Assembly (NCBI GenBank): GCA_015060885.1
Contig: SUXO01000003.1
Location: forward strand, 25,592 to 89,591
Origin: Bacteroidales bacterium
GTDB lineage: Bacteria; Bacteroidota; Bacteroidia; Bacteroidales; Bacteroidaceae
Direction of reading: 5' to 3'
Length of the DNA stretch: 64,000 bases
In this document: positions 7,845 to 17,615 of the stretch, piece after piece
Numbering within the stretch: the stretch's first letter is position 1
Layout of the letters: each line of letters begins with the position of its first letter
The notes under the pieces: generated by a model
What the model saw: the letters and a program-made list of their open reading frames with translations, nothing else
Database searches by the model: none
Told to the model about the DNA's origin: nothing
Translations under genes and position numbers: made by a program

Positions 7845-9152
7845 TTATTCCCACTCAATAGTGGCGTTGGGTTTGGGTGACATATCGTAGCAGACGCGGT
7901 TCACTGTGGGCACTTCGGCCAGGATGCGGTCTGTTATCTTCATAAGGATGGGCCAGTCTATTTGCTCAATGGTGGCGGTCATTGCATCCACTGTGTTCAC
8001 GGCGCGTATTATCACGGGCCAGTCGTAGGAGCGGGCGTTGTTGCGCACACCCACCGACTTGAAGTCGGGTACCACGGTGAAGTATTGCCATACTTTCTTG
8101 TCGAGGCCGGCAATCTTGAACTCCTCACGCAGAATAGCGTCGGACTCGCGAAGTGCTTCCAAGCGGTCGCGTGTTATGGCTCCCAGGCAGCGAACACCCA
8201 AGCCGGGGCCGGGGAAGGGCTGGCGGTATACCATATCGTAGGGGAGGCCGAGTTCCAAACCGCAGGCGCGTACTTCGTCTTTGAAGAGCTGGCGTATGGG
8301 CTCAACGAGTTCGAATTTGAGGTCGTCGGGGAGACCGCCAACGTTGTGGTGCGATTTCACCATCTTGGCTGTCTTGGTACCGCTCTCCACAATGTCGGGG
8401 TAGATGGTGCCTTGTCCCAGGAAGTCGATGCCATCGAGCTTGCGTGCCTCTTCCTCGAATACGCGTATGAACTCGCCGCCGATGATTTTACGTTTCTCTT
8501 CGGGGTCGGCAACGCCTTCGAGCTTGCCGAGGAAACGGTCGGTTGCGTCGACATATACAAGGTTGGCGCGGAGCTGCTTTCTGAACACGTCGATAACTGC
8601 TTCCGACTCGCCTTTACGCATAAGGCCGTGGTTTACGTGAACGCATACGAGGTTGTTGCCGATGGCTTTGAGAAGGAGTGCTGCCACTACTGAGCTGTCG
8701 ACGCCTCCCGACAGGGCGAGGAGTACCTTCTTGTCGCCCACCTGGCGGCGTATGAGCTCCACCTGGTCGTTTACGAAGTTTGTCATATTCCAGTTTGTCT
8801 CGGCCTTGCAGGTGTCGAAAACAAATGATTTGACAGCCTCTTTTGTGGCTTCCACGTCGTTGGTTATTTGGGGAAGTTTAATGTCGCAGAGGGCTTTGTC
8901 GTGGCCGGCTGCCATTACGGGGAAACCGGCGTTGTATATTTCGGGGTTAACGTCGATGGCTGTTCCGTCAATTACGTTGTTGGGGCCACCGTTTATTATT
9001 ACGCCCTTAACATTGGGGAGTGCTTTAAGCTCCTGGGCGGTAATGTCGTGGGGGTATATCTCGCTGTAAACTCCCAGTGCGCGGATAGCTCGTGCAAGTA
9101 CGGTGTTTTCGTGGCTGCCGAGGTCCAGAATGACAATCATATCCTGTTTCAT
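7845..9152 (-). CDS. guaA: GMP synthase-like protein with an intact ATP-pyrophosphatase/dimerisation part and a short N-terminal amidotransferase-like region
   Basis: It has the PP-loop LALSGGVDSSV, VHVNHGLMRKGE, NVGGLP and the C-terminal IEWE. The N-terminal about 100 aa lack a recognisable GxCxG nucleophile motif. Confidence 0.8.
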   Translation of the reverse strand: MKQDMIVILDLGSHENTVLARAIRALGVYSEIYPHDITAQELKALPNVKGVIINGGPNNVIDGTAIDVNPEIYNAGFPVMAAGHDKALCDIKLPQITNDVEATKEAVKSFVFDTCKAETNWNMTNFVNDQVELIRRQVGDKKVLLALSGGVDSSVVAALLLKAIGNNLVCVHVNHGLMRKGESEAVIDVFRKQLRANLVYVDATDRFLGKLEGVADPEEKRKIIGGEFIRVFEEEARKLDGIDFLGQGTIYPDIVESGTKTAKMVKSHHNVGGLPDDLKFELVEPIRQLFKDEVRACGLELGLPYDMVYRQPFPGPGLGVRCLGAITRDRLEALRESDAILREEFKIAGLDKKVWQYFTVVPDFKSVGVRNNARSYDWPVIIRAVNTVDAMTATIEQIDWPILMKITDRILAEVPTVNRVCYDMSPKPNATIEWE

Positions 9153-9197
9153 ATTCTTTTTTTGTTTTGTATTGTTTGTTCCTTAAATTTTATGTTG

Positions 9198-9205
9198 CGA
9201 AGATA
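9198..9205 (-). promoter_or_regulatory. -7 box TATCTTCG for guaA-like
   Basis: cgaagata on the plus strand, 46 nt upstream of the ATG at 9152. Confidence 0.5.
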
Positions 9206-9361
9206 GTGTATTTTGCTTTACTTACGTGCCTGTTCTTCGTTAATTTGTCAATAATTTTATAGAAACTGTTTGGAATCCCCATAAATGTCGCTTGTGGTTG
9301 AAGGCGCAATCGGGTTGTCGCCTTGCGGTACGGATAGGGCGGGGCTTGCGCGAACAAAAAA

Positions 9362-9384
9362 ACGAGCGAAGTGCGTTCGCTCGT
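9362..9384. terminator. Hairpin between mscL and guaA
   Basis: cgagcgaa-gtgcg-ttcgctcg is flanked by A7 and T6 runs and lies just downstream of the mscL stop. Confidence 0.6.
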
Positions 9385-9400
9385 TTTTTATGTACGTGTG

Positions 9401-9844
9401 TTATTTTTTCTCTTTCAAGAGGTCGCGTATTTCGGTAAGCAGTTTCTCTTCGGCACTGGGCTCGGGTGCGGGAGCGGGTGCAGGCTCGGGAGCGGGCTCC
9501 TCGGTTTTTTTCTTTGTTGTGAGCTTGGTGATAACGCGTATAACAACAAAGATTGAGATTGCAATGATGAGGAAGTCAACTACATTCTGTATGAAGTTGC
9601 CATAGTTGATAGCCGAAATTATTTTCTCCTCGCCCTCAACAATCTCCGATTCGAGTACATATTTCAAATCCTTGAAATCCATACCGCCGATGGCGTAACC
9701 AATGGGAGGCATAATTATGTCGTTAACCAACGATGTTACGATTTTACCGAATGCACTACCGATGATAACACCGACAGCCATATCGATTACATTACCTTTC
9801 ATCGCAAATGCTTTGAAATCTTGCAGGAAAGAACTCTTTGCCAT
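9401..9844 (-). CDS. mscL: Large-conductance mechanosensitive channel MscL
   Basis: [37 protein letters not shown] is the MscL signature region. The C-terminal tail has a [13 protein letters not shown] linker. Confidence 0.9.
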   Translation of the reverse strand: MAKSSFLQDFKAFAMKGNVIDMAVGVIIGSAFGKIVTSLVNDIIMPPIGYAIGGMDFKDLKYVLESEIVEGEEKIISAINYGNFIQNVVDFLIIAISIFVVIRVITKLTTKKKTEEPAPEPAPAPAPEPSAEEKLLTEIRDLLKEKK

Positions 9845-10133
9845 AATTGTGTGTTTCTATTTTAAGTTAATAATTTACGGTTTGTTTGCTTGTCGCGGGG
9901 CTTGCCCTCGCGATGAGCGTTGCAAAGATAGATATTTTTTAAAAAAAATAACATATTTTACGGCAATATTTTTTGTAACAAAACACTTTTAATCCCTGCC
10001 GTATCTTGCCGTTTTGCACCGTTTGTGGGTTTTTTGCGTTGAATTCTCCTTGTGAGGGCAAAAAGTTGCAGAAATATTTAAAAAATTATTTAAATAATGA
10101 AGATTTGTTGTTTCGAATATAAAAACATTTTCT

Positions 10134-10141
10134 TAAATTTG
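10134..10141 (+). promoter_or_regulatory. -7 box TAAATTTG upstream of the small lipoprotein ORF and gapA
   Basis: It matches TAnnTTTG and lies 25 nt upstream of the ATG at 10166. Confidence 0.45.
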
Positions 10142-10165
10142 CATCGCAGTTTAAAAGGGCGTATT

Positions 10166-10255
10166 ATGAAATGTGTAAAAATTATATGTTTTTTAGCATT
10201 GGCAATGTTGCTTATGGCAGCTTGCAGTACGGCCGAATATTGTAACTGCGGTTAA
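10166..10255 (+). CDS. Small putative lipoprotein, 29 aa (MKCVKIICFLALAMLLMAACSTAEYCNCG)
   Basis: I read this by hand. It has a signal peptide plus a lipobox-like LMAAC. The mature part would be 10 aa with 3 Cys. It lies 40 nt upstream of gapA. Confidence 0.3.
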   Translation: MKCVKIICFLALAMLLMAACSTAEYCNCG

Positions 10256-10283
10256 ATGACTTTATTTTTTCACCTTTTAATAA

Positions 10284-11306
<1,023 letters not shown>

Positions 11307-11330
11307 TGAATTATTGACGTTACAGATGAA

Positions 11331-11357
11331 CGGCTCCCGCAAGGGAGCCGTTTTTTT
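11331..11357 (+). terminator. gapA intrinsic terminator
   Basis: cggctccc-gcaa-gggagccg followed by T7. Confidence 0.8.
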
Positions 11358-11402
11358 GTTTTCTTTTGGGTGCAGTTCTGGTTCGGTCGGTGGGGTAAAA
11401 CG

Positions 11403-12071
11403 GTTCAGTAGAAATTTAGTGTGGACAAATTGATTCTTTAATAAGTTGTGCTCCCTCACGCTGCCCTTTGTATAACGAATTATCTCCTGCAATGGTAATT
11501 CTAAAAAGAAACCGGCACCGTTAAAATCACAGTGTTTATCCGAGCATTTGCAGGAGATAGTGCGAAAGCTCGTGCAAATGAGCGAGTGAAAGTTTACTTG
11601 CACGCAAAGCGAATGCAGCCGAGGTTGCGCGAAGCGAGAATGTTTGACATAAGTTGACAATGCTTGCTGTTCGCATCCCGCACTACGTGCGACTAATTGC
11701 TGCAAGCATTGTCTATTAAATTACATTTAGTCCCACAGCACCCTGCAAATGTGAGAAAGATAAACACGGCAAGGGAGGTTCGACAGAGGGTTCGCCTTTG
11801 GGCGACGTGAACAAAGAACCGAGCGACTGATTTTTCTCGCGTGCCGGGCGTTTGGTTCTTTGCGCGACAAAGAACGTCAAAGATATATTTCCAATGAGAG
11901 AATAACCGACAAATAACACCGAGAAGTCAAAAGCAAGAATGTTTAGTATCGTATATAGTGAGTGCCCACACCTTTTTGCTACTGAGCTTATCTTCTTTTG
12001 TCTTTCAAACACACTATTCTGTTCTTCTGTCCTCAAATTCTCGCAATAAATGAACATCCCCCGGCCGAAGG
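11403..12071. repeat. Mosaic non-coding element A
   Basis: Its left about 150 nt and right about 190 nt are reverse complements of the right and left ends of element B (32341-32813). It contains hairpin H8 (11654-11713). It is flanked by 22-bp imperfect direct repeats, gttcggtcggtggggtaaaacg (11381-11402) and gctcggtcgggggggtaaaacg (12072-12093). Confidence 0.8.
11654..11713 (+). repeat. Hairpin-family copy H8 (minimal form) embedded in element A
   Basis: ttgacaatgcttgc-tgttcgca-t-cccgcac-ta-cgtgcgac-taattgct-gcaagcattgtc. Confidence 0.65.
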
Positions 12072-12113
12072 GCTCGGTCGGGGGGGTAAAACGTATGTGA
12101 AACCTTATATTAT

Positions 12114-13430
12114 TTATACAAAGAATTTGAGTATGAACAGAACTGCAAGAATGATGCTTCCAATGCTCACTCTCTGCCATTTGCAATTGGCAAGGTTTAT
12201 TATAACGTAGCTTATTATGCCAAGCATAATACCGTTGGAGATGGAGTAGGAGAGAGGCATAAATATCACGCAAATGAATGCCGGTATCGATTCGCTGTAA
12301 TCGAAAATCTCAATCTTCTTGAACGAGGCCATCATCATAACACCCACGATAATCATAACCGGTGCTGTTGCAGCCGCCGGCACCGACATAAAGAACGGGG
12401 CGAAGAACACTGCCAGAAGGAAACATACTGCGGTTGTGAATGCGGTGACACCTGTGCGGCCGCCCTGTTGCACGCCCGATGCGCTCTCAACATAAGTGGT
12501 TACGGTGCTGCAACCCATCATAGCACCCGCAGTTGTGCCTATCGCATCCACGGCAAAGGCCTTTTTTATCCAGGGCAGCTTGCCGTTCTTGTCGAACATA
12601 TTTGCGTGGGTGGCTATACCAATGAGGGTACCTATGGTGTCGAACATATCCACAAAGAGCAGTATGAATACAGTGATGACCATGTCCTTTGTGAGCACTT
12701 GTGCAAAGTCGAACTTGAAGAGTATGGGAGTTATCGAGGGCGGGGTGTCGAACACTCCGTTGAACTGCGTTATACCCAATGGGATGCCTATGAGTGTGGT
12801 GGCGATTATGCCAATGAGCAGCGAACCCGAAACCTTGCGCACTATAAGAATAGATGTTATAAGCAGGCCTATAATGCATAGTAATGCCGGGCCGCTTGTG
12901 ATGTCACCGAGTTCCACAAGGGTGGCATCGCTGTTTACCACAACACCTGCGCTTTGCAGACCGATAAACGCTATAAAAAGTCCTATACCGGCTCCAATGG
13001 CATTCTTTATACATTCGGGAATGGCGTTCAGTATCTTTTCACGCAAGTTTGTTATTGTGAGTAATATGAAAATGAGTCCCTCCAAAAGCACCGCGGTGAG
13101 CGCAAATTGCCAGGAGTATCCCATTACTATGCAAATGGTGAAGGCAAAAAAGGCGTTGGGTCCCATAGCTGGAGCAAGCGCAAAGGGCAACTTGGCATAC
13201 AGTGCCATAAGCAGCGTGGCAAATGCGCTTATGAGCGCTGTTGCGGTGAACACTGCGCCTTTATCCATACCGGCATTCTCCATAATGCTTGGTTGTACAG
13301 CCAGAATGTAGGCCATTGTGAGAAAAGTTGTTGCACCTGCCATTATTTCGGTGCGCAGGTTATGGGTTCCCTTTTCGAACCCGAATAGTTTTTTGAGCAT
13401 CTGTTTTTCGGTTTTGTTCTTTATGAACAA
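12114..13430 (-). CDS. NCS2 family nucleobase permease (AzgA/adenine-guanine-hypoxanthine type)
   Basis: EIMAGATTFLTMAYILAVQP plus about 12 TM segments. The true start may be the internal MLKKLF at about 13400. Confidence 0.85.
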   Translation of the reverse strand: MFIKNKTEKQMLKKLFGFEKGTHNLRTEIMAGATTFLTMAYILAVQPSIMENAGMDKGAVFTATALISAFATLLMALYAKLPFALAPAMGPNAFFAFTICIVMGYSWQFALTAVLLEGLIFILLTITNLREKILNAIPECIKNAIGAGIGLFIAFIGLQSAGVVVNSDATLVELGDITSGPALLCIIGLLITSILIVRKVSGSLLIGIIATTLIGIPLGITQFNGVFDTPPSITPILFKFDFAQVLTKDMVITVFILLFVDMFDTIGTLIGIATHANMFDKNGKLPWIKKAFAVDAIGTTAGAMMGCSTVTTYVESASGVQQGGRTGVTAFTTAVCFLLAVFFAPFFMSVPAAATAPVMIIVGVMMMASFKKIEIFDYSESIPAFICVIFMPLSYSISNGIMLGIISYVIINLANCKWQRVSIGSIILAVLFILKFFV

Positions 13431-13496
13431 ATGTAATAATTTTATTCTTAATGGCGGTTAATTGTCTATTTTTTGTTATTGTATCCCGATTATTCC

Positions 13497-13504
13497 TATC
13501 TTCG
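13497..13504 (+). promoter_or_regulatory. -7 box TATCTTCG
   Basis: 16 nt upstream of the ATG at 13520. Confidence 0.5.
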
Positions 13505-13519
13505 CTTTACTAAAACTGT

Positions 13520-14215
13520 TTGAATATGGTTGTTTCCTGTTTGAAAGATATGAGCGATGCCGCATTTGCCATTTTCACGGCAAAACTGCTGCCCACCGTG
13601 GAGCGTAGCCGCATAATAGGCGTGCGCACTCCGCAACTGCGTTCTCTAGCTCGTGAGATGTTGCGCAATGGTTCGGCGCAAGCCTTTATGGCACAACTGC
13701 CTCACCGCTATTTCGAGGAGAATCTCCTGCATAGTTTGCTGCTGTCGCTGCTGAAACAGCCTGTGGGCGAAGTGCTTGCCCTTGTCGACAGCTTCTTGCC
13801 TTTCGTAGATAATTGGGCGGTGTGCGACCAACTGCGTCCGCGTGCCTTTGCCGGCAATGCGGCCTTTGTGTATCCTTATGTGCGCAAATGGCTTGGCAGC
13901 GAGCAGGAGTATGTGCGCCGTTATGGTATTGTAGCATCGATGACATACTTCCTTGATGCCGATTTCGACAAGACTATGCTGAACGATGTTGCCCGTGTGC
14001 CTGCAACCGAGTATTATGTGAAGATGGCTGTTGCGTGGTATTTCAGTTTCGCGTTGGTGAAGCAATGGGAGAGTGCCTTGCCTTACATAGAGCAGAGGCT
14101 GCTGCCGCGCGAGGTGCATAACAAGGCTATACAGAAGAGTGTGGAAAGCCTTCGCATAACCCCTGAACGCAAGGAGTATCTGCGCTCGTTGCGGTGGCCC
14201 AACAGAAAAGCGTGA
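13520..14215 (+). CDS. DNA alkylation repair protein (AlkC/AlkD-like HEAT-repeat family)
   Basis: IIGVRTPQLRSLAREM...NWAVCDQLRP...WYFSFALVKQ is the pattern of the DNA_alkylation family. The ORF is 231 aa. Confidence 0.7.
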   Translation: MNMVVSCLKDMSDAAFAIFTAKLLPTVERSRIIGVRTPQLRSLAREMLRNGSAQAFMAQLPHRYFEENLLHSLLLSLLKQPVGEVLALVDSFLPFVDNWAVCDQLRPRAFAGNAAFVYPYVRKWLGSEQEYVRRYGIVASMTYFLDADFDKTMLNDVARVPATEYYVKMAVAWYFSFALVKQWESALPYIEQRLLPREVHNKAIQKSVESLRITPERKEYLRSLRWPNRKA

Positions 14216-14237
14216 AACAAGAGTTCCACGCTTTTCT
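14204..14237. terminator. Bidirectional hairpin between the alkylation-repair gene and Hsp20
   Basis: agaaaagcgtg-(12 nt)-cacgcttttct followed by a T-run. Confidence 0.6.
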
Positions 14238-14247
14238 GTTCGTTTTT

Positions 14248-14754
14248 TTACTCAATTGTAATCTCCTTGCTCACCTCCGGGGTGTGGCTCGCTGCCTTCT
14301 TGGGAATGTTTATATGCAACACTCCGTGATGAACCTTTGCTTTAATGTTGGCAGTGTCGGCATCGTCGGGCAGTATTAGTGTCTGGCGGAACTTGGTGTA
14401 CGAGAACTCGCGGCGCAGGAAACGGCCTTTGCTCTCGTTGTGTTCGCAACACTTGTCGTCCTTGCACTTGTCGCCATCCTTCTTTTCGTCGCACTTGCAT
14501 TCCTCGCCATCTTTCTTGCAGTTGCAACCCTTCTCCATTGTTATGCAGAGGTCGTTGTCGGGGTTGAGGTTGATGCAGAAATCCTCTTTCTTCATACCGG
14601 GTGCTGCAACATCGACCATATACTCTTTCTCGGTCTCGAACACGTTGATTGCGGGGGCGGTACTGCCGGCACGGCTCATAAAGTCGCTGCCGAAGAAATC
14701 GTTGAAAATGCTGGGGAGCCACTGCTGGGCTCCGCGTTTCATTGGCATACTCAT
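14248..14754 (-). CDS. Hsp20/alpha-crystallin small heat-shock protein with a Cys/Lys/Asp-rich insert
   Basis: INVFETEKEYMVDVAAPGMKKEDF...FLRREFSYTKFRQTLILPDD...VHHGVLHINIPK forms the alpha-crystallin domain. The insert is CNCKKDGEECKCDEKKDGDKCKDDKCCEHN. Confidence 0.85.
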   Translation of the reverse strand: MSMPMKRGAQQWLPSIFNDFFGSDFMSRAGSTAPAINVFETEKEYMVDVAAPGMKKEDFCINLNPDNDLCITMEKGCNCKKDGEECKCDEKKDGDKCKDDKCCEHNESKGRFLRREFSYTKFRQTLILPDDADTANIKAKVHHGVLHINIPKKAASHTPEVSKEITIE

Positions 14755-14892
14755 TGTAATTGGTTTTTAATTGTTATACATAAAGCTCGGCCGTCGCTAT
14801 GGCCGTTGTTTATGTGTATAATGAGTATGAGCAGGCGGTTGTTCGCCCTGCGGTCTTTTTTAACTAAACTTTCGATTGTGGCGTGAGGGGTG

Positions 14893-15987
14893 TTAGAGAG
14901 TGTGGGCAATGCCCTCTATCTCAATAAGCAGTTCGGGGCGGCAGATGTCGCTCACAAGGTAGTGTTTGGGGGTGGCGGGGTAGTGCGCGTTCATATACTC
15001 CTTTACGGCTGGGATGGCATCCTCGTGCTTGACATATATGCGTAGCAGGTCATATTTCGCACCGTTGCAGGGATTGGGTATGTTCTCCTTTGATATGAGG
15101 TTGTTCATTATCTGCATTGTGGTGTCGGCCTGGCTCACGGTGTCATCGCTGTCGGTGCTGCGCTCTCCCTTTATGGCTGCCGTGCCCGATATGTAGATTG
15201 TGTTGCCCAGTATGCGTGCGCGCTCGAACTTCGGGGTGGTGCGCTCGGCGAGTTCTTTCATAACCTTGCCTTCGAGAACCTCTTGCGAGTAGTTGTGCGC
15301 AGCCACTTGCAGGGGGTTGTCTATGGGCTTGTTGGCCGCTGTTGAGCCTTTTATTGCATACAGTTCAATCATTATTCCGCCACGGCTGGTGCCTATCCCT
15401 GTTGCGGCAGGGTAGCCGTTGCTCCATTTTGTTTTGGAATAGAAGAGGCTGCGGGCATCGTTGAACTCCTGGTAGTTCTGGCTGCCCTCGGTGGTGATGG
15501 TTATATCCTCAATGTAGTTCCACTGGCGGTAGATGTCGCTAATGCGGAACCCCTCGCTTGTGAGGATGTCCTCGATGGCAATAAATATCTCCCTAGCCTG
15601 CTCGAATGTGCTTGCTGTGATGTCAGCCGGTATTATGCCTTCGGTCATTAGCTCTTTTGTGGCACCGCGTTCGAGCACCTTGTAACGGCTGTGGTGGGTT
15701 ATGCGGGCATCGGTATCGACAAGGTAGGTCACTTCGGCAATGAGTGTGTCGGAACTGCTCTTCTGCGCAATGAAACTTACCAGCGGCGATTGTGCACCGA
15801 AGTAATCCTTTACAATGTTGTGCAGCTCGCGGTTTATGAGCAGGTACTCGCGGTTGCTTTCGGGCAGGCCGAAGAATGTTATTTTAAGAGCGTTGAGTTC
15901 CTTTATGGATGCAAAAATATCGTGGCACATTGTTTTCAATGTGCCCTTTGTCCTTGCCTTTACAACTATTTGCTCTTTGTTGAACAT
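14893..15987 (-). CDS. RidA/YjgF-fold protein, possibly an FkbO/Hyg5/XanB2-type chorismatase
   Basis: The C-terminal half (ILGNTIYISGTAAI...QADTTMQIMNNLI...LRIYVKHED...LLIEIEGIA) has the YjgF/RidA pattern. The 364-aa two-lobed length fits chorismatases. The specific activity is an inference. Confidence 0.5.
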   Translation of the reverse strand: MFNKEQIVVKARTKGTLKTMCHDIFASIKELNALKITFFGLPESNREYLLINRELHNIVKDYFGAQSPLVSFIAQKSSSDTLIAEVTYLVDTDARITHHSRYKVLERGATKELMTEGIIPADITASTFEQAREIFIAIEDILTSEGFRISDIYRQWNYIEDITITTEGSQNYQEFNDARSLFYSKTKWSNGYPAATGIGTSRGGIMIELYAIKGSTAANKPIDNPLQVAAHNYSQEVLEGKVMKELAERTTPKFERARILGNTIYISGTAAIKGERSTDSDDTVSQADTTMQIMNNLISKENIPNPCNGAKYDLLRIYVKHEDAIPAVKEYMNAHYPATPKHYLVSDICRPELLIEIEGIAHTL

Positions 15988-16056
15988 TTATGCCTTCCTC
16001 TTTTTACGGTCGCGAAGTTATGAAATTTTGCTCAAAATAAGAAGTTGTTTAAAGGT

Positions 16057-16539
16057 TTATTTTGCAGCGGGCTGTTGCAACAGCTTGAAACGCAGGCGTA
16101 GAACACCGTTCTCCCAAGTGTGGCTTATTATCTTGAATTGCCCAATCTCGGCAGTGTTCTCCACGTGTGTGCCAATGCAGGCGCAAACATCGTAGTCGCC
16201 CACACGCACAAGACGTAGCGTGTCGCTTGCATCGGCCGGCAATTTCCCCAGGTCAACTCCTGCCGGCACGTTGTCGCGTGTGCAGAACTCTATACTCACG
16301 GCGAGGTTCTGCGAAATAACATCGTTCACGCGGTTCTCTATCTCGGCTATCTGCCCGGCTGTGGGCTCGCTTGTGAGCGTGTAATCGCATTTGCTTTTCT
16401 TGCGTTCAATGTGTGCGTTACGGCTTCTCTCGCACCCGAACATCCTCACCATTGTCTGGTTGAGAATGTGCTCGCAGGTGTGCATAGGCGGGTACTCCGC
16501 CTTATTGTGGTCGTTGAGTATCGGTGTTTCGGTGGTCAT
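16057..16539 (-). CDS. AlaX-S-like trans-editing domain protein (Thr/Ala-tRNA synthetase second additional domain)
   Basis: It has the zinc motifs HTCEHILNQ (HxxxH) and CACIGTHV (CxxxH) and is 160 aa long. Its ATG overlaps the stop of the upstream Fic gene (ATGA). Confidence 0.8.
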   Translation of the reverse strand: MTTETPILNDHNKAEYPPMHTCEHILNQTMVRMFGCERSRNAHIERKKSKCDYTLTSEPTAGQIAEIENRVNDVISQNLAVSIEFCTRDNVPAGVDLGKLPADASDTLRLVRVGDYDVCACIGTHVENTAEIGQFKIISHTWENGVLRLRFKLLQQPAAK

Positions 16540-17615
16540 TGGTTTTGTTGGTTAATGAGGTTTACAACTACTTTTACCATTATATCTTTCTCTTCGGTGC
16601 GGCTCTCGGCAATCATAAGTGTTAAGGCAACAAGGGTGTTGTCGGCTATTCGTTTACTGCCATCGGTGCGGTACAGTATGCCGTTACGCTCCATAAACCA
16701 AAGGAACAGCATTGCGGCTATGCGTTTGTTTCCGTCGCTGAATGAGTGGTTCTTTGTTACAAGGTATAGCAGCATAGCAGCCTTCTCCTCAATGCTGGGG
16801 TAGAGTTCTGCTCCGCCAAAGGTCTGGTATATCTGCCCGATAGAACTTTTGAAAGAGTTGTCTTTTTCGTTTGCAAACAGTTTGCTTTCTCCGAATTTTT
16901 CTTTGAGGCTCAGGATGGCTTCCATTGCATTCTCGTATGTTGCGTGGAAACGTTCCTCTTTTGTGGTGTTTTCTATCGTAAGCTGCTGATAATCGTAACG
17001 GTCGAGTGTGTCGAGGGCATATACATAGTCGCTTACAACCGAGAAAAGTCCTTTCGATTGTTCATCGGTCAGTTTTTCCTGTGAATGTACAGTGTGTGCA
17101 AGCAGGCGGACAACATCTTTGAGTTCGTTATAGTGCTCTATTCTTATCTTGTCGTTTATGGCATATCCTTTCACAATATAGTCTTTAAGCACTCTGTTTG
17201 CCCAAATGCGAAACTGTGTACCGCGTTTGCTTTTTACACGATAACCGACGGAGGTTATCATTTCAATGTTATAGTGTTCTACTTGGTATATTTTGCCATC
17301 AGAGGCAGTTGTCGCAAATTTTGCGACAACTGGTAAGCCTTCTAATTCTTCTTTTAGAGCATTGTTTATGTGCTTGCCAATAGTTTTTATATCCCTATCA
17401 AATAATATGGACAATTGTGAACGGCTAAGCCACACGGTTTCGTTCTCCAATTTTACATCAAGCGACACGATATTATCCTCGCTTGTGTAAATTACTATTG
17501 GTGATGCGTCGAAATCGCGGGTGTGCATAGGTGGGTACTCCGCCTTGCCTTTGGCAAACTTGCTCGCGCTCGGATAACACAAGCACACTTGTCTTCTGTA
17601 CTCGCTGAATCGCAA
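16536..17615 (-). CDS. RhuM-like N-terminal domain fused to a Fic/Doc-family domain
   Basis: The RhuM-type region is IVIYTSEDNIVSLDVKLENETVWLSRSQLSILF...GYRVKSKRGTQFRIWANRVLKDY. The Fic motif HSFSDGNKRIAAM has the Doc-like GNKR variant. The real start may be the Met at 17526-17528 (MHTRDFD). Confidence 0.85.
   Translation of the reverse strand: MRFSEYRRQVCLCYPSASKFAKGKAEYPPMHTRDFDASPIVIYTSEDNIVSLDVKLENETVWLSRSQLSILFDRDIKTIGKHINNALKEELEGLPVVAKFATTASDGKIYQVEHYNIEMITSVGYRVKSKRGTQFRIWANRVLKDYIVKGYAINDKIRIEHYNELKDVVRLLAHTVHSQEKLTDEQSKGLFSVVSDYVYALDTLDRYDYQQLTIENTTKEERFHATYENAMEAILSLKEKFGESKLFANEKDNSFKSSIGQIYQTFGGAELYPSIEEKAAMLLYLVTKNHSFSDGNKRIAAMLFLWFMERNGILYRTDGSKRIADNTLVALTLMIAESRTEEKDIMVKVVVNLINQQNQ

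Noticed and set aside
11780-11815. A possible tRNA fragment (ggaggttcgacagagggttcgcc) in element A.
   Set aside because: Only a T-arm-like GGTTCGA string is present. I could not fold a cloverleaf, an anticodon arm or an acceptor stem around it.
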